Shown here: positions 29,160-34,673 of the stretch, piece after piece
Layout of the letters: the number at the start of each line of letters is the position of its first letter
Position numbering within the stretch: position 1 is the stretch's first letter
Source of the DNA: a virus
Taxonomy: Duplodnaviria; Heunggongvirae; Uroviricota; Caudoviricetes
Length of the DNA stretch: 34,673 bases
Reading direction: 5' to 3' (one strand)
Virus record (IMG/VR): IMGVR_UViG_2917408641_000007
Program-made: the position numbers and the translations under genes
The notes under the pieces: model-generated
The model's database searches: none
Told to the model about the DNA's origin: nothing
The model's input: the letters and a program-made list of their open reading frames with translations, nothing else

Positions 29160-30572
29160 TTGGCTACATGGCAACAGGCTGGTAATTCAGGCGCGCTTCT
29201 TGCCGGGTTAGGCGGCATGAACTCCAACGCTCCAAGAGCAAGTGATGCAGACGCCACGCTTGCATACATTCGACAGAATAATGAGATGGAGCGTTCAGGA
29301 CGTAATAACGTTGGCTTGCAGGCTTTGCAGGGCATTTCATCTGTCATGGATATGTATAAGCAGATGGATCAGCAGAAGCGGCAGCAAGAGTTTCAGCAGG
29401 CTTATGCTGATGCATATACATCTGGTGACCGCGATGCCATGCGAAAACTGGCATCACAGTATCCTGAGCAGTTTGACGCTGTAAGAAACGGCATGAAATT
29501 TGTCGATGAAGACCAGCGTTCCACTGTCGGCACACTGGCAGCAAGTGCCAGACTCGCAGCTTCATCTCCAGAAGCCATGATGTCATGGTTGCAGAACAAC
29601 TCATCTGAGCTTACTCGTGCCGGAGTAGACCCTCTGGATGTGGCTAAAATGTATCAGCAAAATCCACAAGGTTTCACAGAGTTTGTTGATCACCTTGGAA
29701 TGGCTGCACTTGGTCCAGAACAATATTTTCAGGCACAAGACAGAATCGTTGGTCGTGAGATTGACCGCGGAAAACTTGCAGAGACAATCCGCAGCAATCA
29801 GGCTGGCGAGACACTTCAGGAGAGAGGGCAAAACCTTTCCTATCAGTCAGCAATGACTGGGCACAATATCGCAGCACAACGCTTGGCTCTGGATCAGCAA
29901 GAGTTCGGGTTTAAGATGCAGCAAGCGCAGGAAAAGGCTCAGCAGTTGATTAGCGAAGCACCTAAGCTGTCAGTAAACATGGAAAAAGGCATCGAGACGG
30001 CTGTAAACAATGCCACAGCATCATCAAACTCAGCCAATTCTATGAGTGCGCTTGCTCAACAGTTCAGAGCAGAAAAACCAACGACAGGTTTGTTCGGTAA
30101 CGCACAGAACATGTTCGCAAAACTTACCGGAAGCGATACGACATTGCGTGATTTGCGCATCCGCCAAAATGCCCTTGTTAACAGTCAGGTTCTTAAATTC
30201 CTACCCCCCGGCCCCGCAACGGATAAAGACGTTGAGATCGTTCGGCAGGGTGCGCCAACTGACATGGATAACCCTGAGACGGTCGCAAGATGGCTTGATG
30301 CAATGGCAAACCTTGAGCGACGAAACGCGCAGTTTAATGAGTTTAAAGCCGAGTGGATGAGCGCGAATGGCAACCCTGGACAATCGCGTAATGGCGGTCA
30401 GATATTGGGGTTGGATGTTAAAAAAGGTGAATCATTGGGGAGTGCCGTTAAGCGGTATATGTCAATGAATACTGACGCAGCGCCAGCACAAGATTCGACA
30501 CCTTCAGGAGGACCACGGAATCAGGTTGGATCATATACCTCAAAATCAGGCATTCTGATCCTACCCACGTAA
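29160..30572 (+). CDS. Ejection protein, P22 gp20-like, with C-terminus altered by the IS insertion
   Basis: 470 aa; apparent TTG start with GGAGG RBS; last 5 codons (LILPT-stop) are encoded by the IS end; native frame would continue QFTVE-stop across the insertion site. Confidence 0.7.
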   Translation: MATWQQAGNSGALLAGLGGMNSNAPRASDADATLAYIRQNNEMERSGRNNVGLQALQGISSVMDMYKQMDQQKRQQEFQQAYADAYTSGDRDAMRKLASQYPEQFDAVRNGMKFVDEDQRSTVGTLAASARLAASSPEAMMSWLQNNSSELTRAGVDPLDVAKMYQQNPQGFTEFVDHLGMAALGPEQYFQAQDRIVGREIDRGKLAETIRSNQAGETLQERGQNLSYQSAMTGHNIAAQRLALDQQEFGFKMQQAQEKAQQLISEAPKLSVNMEKGIETAVNNATASSNSANSMSALAQQFRAEKPTTGLFGNAQNMFAKLTGSDTTLRDLRIRQNALVNSQVLKFLPPGPATDKDVEIVRQGAPTDMDNPETVARWLDAMANLERRNAQFNEFKAEWMSANGNPGQSRNGGQILGLDVKKGESLGSAVKRYMSMNTDAAPAQDSTPSGGPRNQVGSYTSKSGILILPT

Positions 30573-30585
30573 TGTGGACACGGCC

Positions 30586-31440
30586 CTAAGCGAGATTATG
30601 GTTTTCAAATTGTTCCGGGCTGAGACCGCCACAGGCACTGTGACGACGCCAGCGATTGTAATCACACTCGATATAATTAAACACCGTTGCCCGCATTATT
30701 TCCCGGCTGCTAAAGCGTTCCCCGTGGATACATTCCACCTTCAGCGAATGAAAGAAGCTTTCCACACAGGCATTGTCATAACAGTTGCCTTTCGCACTCA
30801 TACTGCCACGCAGGTTGTGTCGCTTCAGCAGCGCCTGATAATCCCCTGAACAGTATTGACCACCACGGTCCGTATGAACAATGACGCTTTCCGGGCGTCT
30901 TCTCCGCCACAACGCCATTTGCAGTGCATCACAGGCCAGTTGTGCTGTCATTCGCGGTGACATCGACCAGCCAATAACGGCGCGTGACCACAGGTCGATG
31001 ACTACTGCGAGATACAACCAGCCCTCATCGGTACGCAAGTACGTGATGTCACCCGCCCACTTCTGGTTCGGGCCGCTGGCGCTGAAGTCCTGCTCCAGCA
31101 GATTCTCCAATACGGGCAGGCCATGTGCACGGTAGCTGACCGGGCTGAACTTCCGGCCGGCTTTCGCCCGCAGCCCCTGACGACGCAGGCTGGCGGCAAT
31201 GGTTTTAATATTGAACTCCGGCAGTTCGTCAGCAAGGCGGGGAGCACCGTATCGCTGCTTTGCCTCAAAGAATGCCTTATGAACAGCGGTATCGCAGGTG
31301 AGCCGAAACTGTTGGCGCAGGCTCATCTGGTGACGACGCCTGAGCCAGACATACCAGCCGCTGCGGGCAACCCGAAGTACACGACACATCGCTTTGATGC
31401 TGAACTCTGCCCGATGATTTTCGATGAAGACATACTTCAT
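30586..31440 (-). CDS. IS3-family transposase OrfB (DDE catalytic domain)
   Basis: 284 aa ...[39 protein letters not shown]...[10 protein letters not shown]...[10 protein letters not shown]... DDE motif; start overlaps the orfA stop (ATGA), shifted frame. Confidence 0.85.
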   Translation of the reverse strand: MKYVFIENHRAEFSIKAMCRVLRVARSGWYVWLRRRHQMSLRQQFRLTCDTAVHKAFFEAKQRYGAPRLADELPEFNIKTIAASLRRQGLRAKAGRKFSPVSYRAHGLPVLENLLEQDFSASGPNQKWAGDITYLRTDEGWLYLAVVIDLWSRAVIGWSMSPRMTAQLACDALQMALWRRRRPESVIVHTDRGGQYCSGDYQALLKRHNLRGSMSAKGNCYDNACVESFFHSLKVECIHGERFSSREIMRATVFNYIECDYNRWRRHSACGGLSPEQFENHNLA

Positions 31441-31736
31441 TTCAGGCGCTTCGCGAAGTATGTCGCGGCCTTTTGGAGGATGGCCAGTTCCTCAGCCTGC
31501 TCCGCCAGTTGTCGTTTAAGGCGGACATTTTCAGCGGCCAGTTCGCTTTCGCGCTCTGACGAACTCATTTGTTGCTGCTGTTTACTGCGCCAGGCATAAA
31601 GCTGAGATTCATACAGGCTGAGTTCACGGGCTGCGGCGGCCACACCGATGCGTTCAGCGAGTTTCAGGGCTTCGTTACGAAATTCAGGCGTATGTTGTTT
31701 ACGGGGCTTCTTGCTGATTGATACTGGTTTTGTCAT
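31437..31736 (-). CDS. IS3-family transposase OrfA (HTH)
   Basis: 99 aa [54 protein letters not shown]... typical IS3 OrfA; AAAAG slippery motif near the 3' end. Confidence 0.85.
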   Translation of the reverse strand: MTKPVSISKKPRKQHTPEFRNEALKLAERIGVAAAARELSLYESQLYAWRSKQQQQMSSSERESELAAENVRLKRQLAEQAEELAILQKAATYFAKRLK

Positions 31737-31815
31737 GAGTCACCTCTGGTTGAGAGTTTACTCACTTAGTCCTGTGTCCACTATTGGTGGGTAAGATCAT
31801 TCAATTTACGGTGGA

Positions 31816-33657
31816 ATGATGAAAGTAACTGCAAACGGTAAGACATTTACCTTTCCTGATGGTACGAGCACCGAAGATATTGGCACCGCCATTGATGAGT
31901 ATTTTGCTGGTCAGGCTGTTCAGCAACAAACAGTTAATCAGGCCAATAATGTACCAACACGGAAAGAACCATCATTGATGCAACAAGCTGGCGATTGGCT
32001 CACTGGTGGTCAAAGTGCAGGGCAAATTGCAGAACAGGCTGGTCGTGGTCTGGTAAACATACCATTTGACGTATTGCAGGGTGGCGCAAGTCTGATTAAT
32101 GCAATCAGTCAGGGGCTTGGTGGGCCAAAAGTATTGGATGATGTCTATCGTCCAGTCGATCGACCGACAGACCCTTATGCGCAAGCTGGAGAAACAATTG
32201 GCGGGTATTTAGTTCCAGGAGTTGGAACGGCAGGAAGCATGGCTATTGGATCACTGGCAGAGGCCGCAAATCAGAAAGGCGATTTCGCACAAAATGCAGC
32301 CAAAAATGCCGGAGTTAACCTTGCCGCTCAGGGGGTTCTTTCCGCAGCAGCAAAGGGAATAGGGCGTGGAATAACGGCTATAAAAGGTGATATTTCGCCA
32401 GAAGTGGCGAAGAAAATTGCCACATCAGAATCGATGGGCGTGACACCAATGACATCTGATGTTATCCCGCCGAAAAATGCTTTCACTCGCGGCCTTACTC
32501 AGGATGCCGAGGGGGCTTTGCTCGGGACAGGCTCAAAGCGAGCGGAGCAATATGCAACGCGTAGTAAGCTGGTAAGTAATTATTTTGACCGTTTTGGTGA
32601 GTACAACCCTGATGATGTGGTGAAATCTCTGACCACCACGTTAAGGGGGCGGAAGGATGCCGCTGGCGCTGTTATCAATGACGTCACCAATAAAATGGGT
32701 AATGCCGCAGTTGATACCACAAACACTATGAATGCTCTGAATACAGCGATCGCAAGACAGGAACGGCTTGGGACGTCTGCCAATCAAAGCCTGCTTACAT
32801 CCTTGCGTAACCTACGTGAAGAATTAGCAAACCCTGCAACTGATTTGGATGTTACGTTTGATCTCCTGCGTCAGCACAGAACAGCATTTAGATCTAATGT
32901 TCAGGGAGATGCTATGGTCTTCCCCAACCAGGCAAAAGCAGCTACCAATATGGTAGAGAATGCAATGTCAAAAGACCTTCGTAACGCAGTTGCAAAAAAC
33001 CTCGGTGCATCAGACGCAGCAAAATACCTTAAAGCAAATTCTGATTATGCAAACGTTTATAATAAGGTGCTTAATAAAAACATTGCTAACAAACTCAACA
33101 AGGCAAGCAGTGAAGCCAGCCCTGAACTTATAAATACCGTTGTATTAAGCAGAAAACCATCTGACGTGAAACGAATATGGAGCGCACTGGATGATAAAGG
33201 GAAAGATGCTATGCGTGCAGCTTACGTCAGCAAAATAGCGGAAAAGGCCGGTGACTCTCCAGCCAAGTTCATCACTGAAGTTAATAAGCTGAAATCTCAG
33301 TCAGGCGGTGAAATTTACAACACTATTTTTTCTGGAAAGCACATGAAAGAGCTTGATGCTCTTCATGAAGTTCTACAGCAAACAGCAAGGTCAGACACCG
33401 CAAATGTAGTAACTCAGACGGGGCAATCACAAGCCAACAGGATAAGGACGATTGGCGCAACTGCGACTCTTGGTGTATCAATGGGGCTTGAGGCTGGCTT
33501 TGGTGCAATGATGCGTTTGTATGAGTCCAAAGCAGCAAGGAATGCTCTCTTACGTCTGGCAAACACTAAAGCTGGAACGCCAGCCTATGAAAGAGCGTTG
33601 AATACCGCTGCAAATGCCATCAGGCCGCTGCTTGCTACTGAGGCAACACAGCAGTAA
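31816..33657 (+). CDS. Ejection protein, P22 gp16-like
   Basis: 613 aa immediately downstream of the IS; start ATGATG with GGTGGA RBS retained; size and position match P22 gp16. Confidence 0.75.
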   Translation: MMKVTANGKTFTFPDGTSTEDIGTAIDEYFAGQAVQQQTVNQANNVPTRKEPSLMQQAGDWLTGGQSAGQIAEQAGRGLVNIPFDVLQGGASLINAISQGLGGPKVLDDVYRPVDRPTDPYAQAGETIGGYLVPGVGTAGSMAIGSLAEAANQKGDFAQNAAKNAGVNLAAQGVLSAAAKGIGRGITAIKGDISPEVAKKIATSESMGVTPMTSDVIPPKNAFTRGLTQDAEGALLGTGSKRAEQYATRSKLVSNYFDRFGEYNPDDVVKSLTTTLRGRKDAAGAVINDVTNKMGNAAVDTTNTMNALNTAIARQERLGTSANQSLLTSLRNLREELANPATDLDVTFDLLRQHRTAFRSNVQGDAMVFPNQAKAATNMVENAMSKDLRNAVAKNLGASDAAKYLKANSDYANVYNKVLNKNIANKLNKASSEASPELINTVVLSRKPSDVKRIWSALDDKGKDAMRAAYVSKIAEKAGDSPAKFITEVNKLKSQSGGEIYNTIFSGKHMKELDALHEVLQQTARSDTANVVTQTGQSQANRIRTIGATATLGVSMGLEAGFGAMMRLYESKAARNALLRLANTKAGTPAYERALNTAANAIRPLLATEATQQ

Positions 33658-33681
33658 CGTATGGGGAATTGGATTCAATCG

Positions 33682-34071
33682 TTAACATTTTCTTTTTACT
33701 TTTCCAACAAAGGCTTTGGTTGAATCCATATTCCCATAACCAGAAATGGTTTTCGACATTAAAACTGTTCCATTAGGATGTATTACCCATGAGTCGATAA
33801 CTCGTTGAGTTTCGCCATTCGCGCCGATTCCGATGATGGAGTTTTTAGACAATGCTTTGTAAGCCATGCCGCCCGCATCCGTCCCAGAATATGTGATACT
33901 GGCATCTTCACCGTTTGTCTTAATGATGAATGTTCCACTAAAACCATCTTCTTCCGGTTGAAAATTATTTCGTTCTGAATAGCTTATTCCGTGCATATCT
34001 CCAACGACCCAGCACTCTGCTGAGACAGAAAACGAGAAGACAAAGAAAGCCATTGCTATAATCAATTTCAT
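33682..34071 (-). CDS. Secreted protein of unknown family (129 aa), paralog of ORF 6541..6945
   Basis: Signal peptide MKLIIAMAFFVFSFSVSA|ECW...; shares ECWxV..HG, SxxY.G, LSxN..G, W.I, SK, STK.FVG.V...C pattern with the cI-coupled ORF; last gene of the mnt operon. Confidence 0.6.
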   Translation of the reverse strand: MKLIIAMAFFVFSFSVSAECWVVGDMHGISYSERNNFQPEEDGFSGTFIIKTNGEDASITYSGTDAGGMAYKALSKNSIIGIGANGETQRVIDSWVIHPNGTVLMSKTISGYGNMDSTKAFVGKVKRKC

Positions 34072-34086
34072 TTTAAGCCCTTATTG

Positions 34087-34422
34087 TTATTGATTCTTTT
34101 TGCACGGAAATGTTTTTCCTACTGCTAGGGCGGTTAGTATAACTGCATTCTCATTTCTTGATTCTGGGTTTTTGTTTAGATATTTCTCAACGATATCGGT
34201 GTATTGATACATGTCAACGCCATCAGGAGGACATAGAGAACCAATTAGTATCAATGAGTCAGTTACTCCGCGCAAATATCCAGTAATGTAAAGCGATGAA
34301 AAATCATCACCATTTTTACCTTGTTGAATGTTGTAAAGAAGGTCATTACCCGTTTGAAGCTCGCGCAGCTCAGCACTGGAAGAAGAGACAACTGCTAACA
34401 GGAACAGTGATAGAAATCTCAT
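34087..34422 (-). CDS. Secreted small protein of unknown function (111 aa)
   Basis: Signal peptide MRFLSLFLLAVVSSSSA, two Cys in the mature part; start overlaps the mnt stop (ATGA). Confidence 0.55.
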   Translation of the reverse strand: MRFLSLFLLAVVSSSSAELRELQTGNDLLYNIQQGKNGDDFSSLYITGYLRGVTDSLILIGSLCPPDGVDMYQYTDIVEKYLNKNPESRNENAVILTALAVGKTFPCKKNQ

Positions 34423-34673
34423 TTCAAATCCTTTTCATAAATCTTTTTAAGTGTCTCAAACACTATAGCCTTGAACTGCTCGGCCTGCTGATCAGCCAAG
34501 CGTTCAGCTTCGTCGCGATATCCTGTAATCGGTGATGGTTTTGATAGTGCATCCTGAACGATTTGTAATAACTCAGAGTTCATTGACCTTCCGTTAGCCT
34601 CGGCTCTTAATTTCAATTTTTCTCTTACTTCCAAAGGCATACGGAAGTTAAAGTGCGGATCATCTCTAGCCAT
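34419..34673 (-). CDS. mnt: Mnt repressor (ribbon-helix-helix, P22 immI type)
   Basis: 84 aa MARDDPHFNFRMPLEVREKLKLRAEANGRSMNSELLQIVQDALSKPSPITGYRDEAERLADQQ... matches P22 Mnt; start codon is at the last three bases of the window. Confidence 0.85.
   Translation of the reverse strand: MARDDPHFNFRMPLEVREKLKLRAEANGRSMNSELLQIVQDALSKPSPITGYRDEAERLADQQAEQFKAIVFETLKKIYEKDLK

Larger units (their letters stand above)
30556..31799 (-). mobile_element. IS3-family insertion sequence (IS3 group), about 1.24 kb, with 3-bp TTC target duplication
   Basis: Terminal inverted repeats TGATCCTACCCACGTAATGTGGACACGGCCCTAAGCGAG and (revcomp) TGATCTTACCCACCAATAGTGGACACAGGACTAAGTGAG; orfA + overlapping orfB; flanking TTC on both sides. 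Confidence 0.85.

Noticed and set aside
28510-29347. Alternate-frame ORFs inside the gp7/gp20 homologs (28510..28815, 28921..29211, 29144..29347)
   Set aside because: Arg-rich or odd-composition frames overlapping the ejection-protein genes; no independent support.
30574-31599. Plus-strand ORFs inside the IS element (30574..30849, 30881..31135, 31123..31599)
   Set aside because: Antisense to the IS3-family transposase genes orfA/orfB, which have clear family signatures.

Overview
The window is about 34.7 kb of a lambdoid, P22/Sf6-like prophage from an enterobacterial host (E. coli/Shigella/Salmonella type), running from an excisionase-like gene at the left edge to an intact mnt gene at the right edge. 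Integrase/attL and the tailspike/attR lie outside the window. The leftward early operon (minus strand, about 1..6320) holds N with nutL, a membrane protein, a cIII-like ORF, RecT plus a Gp157-like partner, several accessory ORFs and xis. It is followed by a phage-434-type immunity region (cI, cro, three OL and three OR operators of ACAA-N6-TTGT type), a lambda-type cII with nutR, a replication module (O-like initiator plus DnaB-family helicase), the nin region (ninB to ninI with two extra ORFs), Q with a pR'-like promoter, and a lysis cassette (dual-start small holin, SAR endolysin, Rz/Rz1). Then come Rha, small and large terminase, portal, scaffold, coat and homologs of P22 gp4, gp10, gp26, gp14, gp7, gp20 and gp16. 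An IS3-family insertion sequence with a 3-bp TTC target duplication sits at the 3' end of the gene-20 homolog, immediately upstream of gene 16. The most interesting observation is a pair of paralogous signal-peptide proteins of unknown family, one translationally coupled to cI in the position where lambda carries rexAB, the other at the end of the mnt operon where P22 carries sieA. These are candidate lysogen-expressed exclusion or conversion functions, but that is inference only. All assignments rest on reading the sequence and recalled protein families; no searches were run. Hand-derived start coordinates may be off by 1-3 nt because homopolymer runs are easy to miscount by eye.
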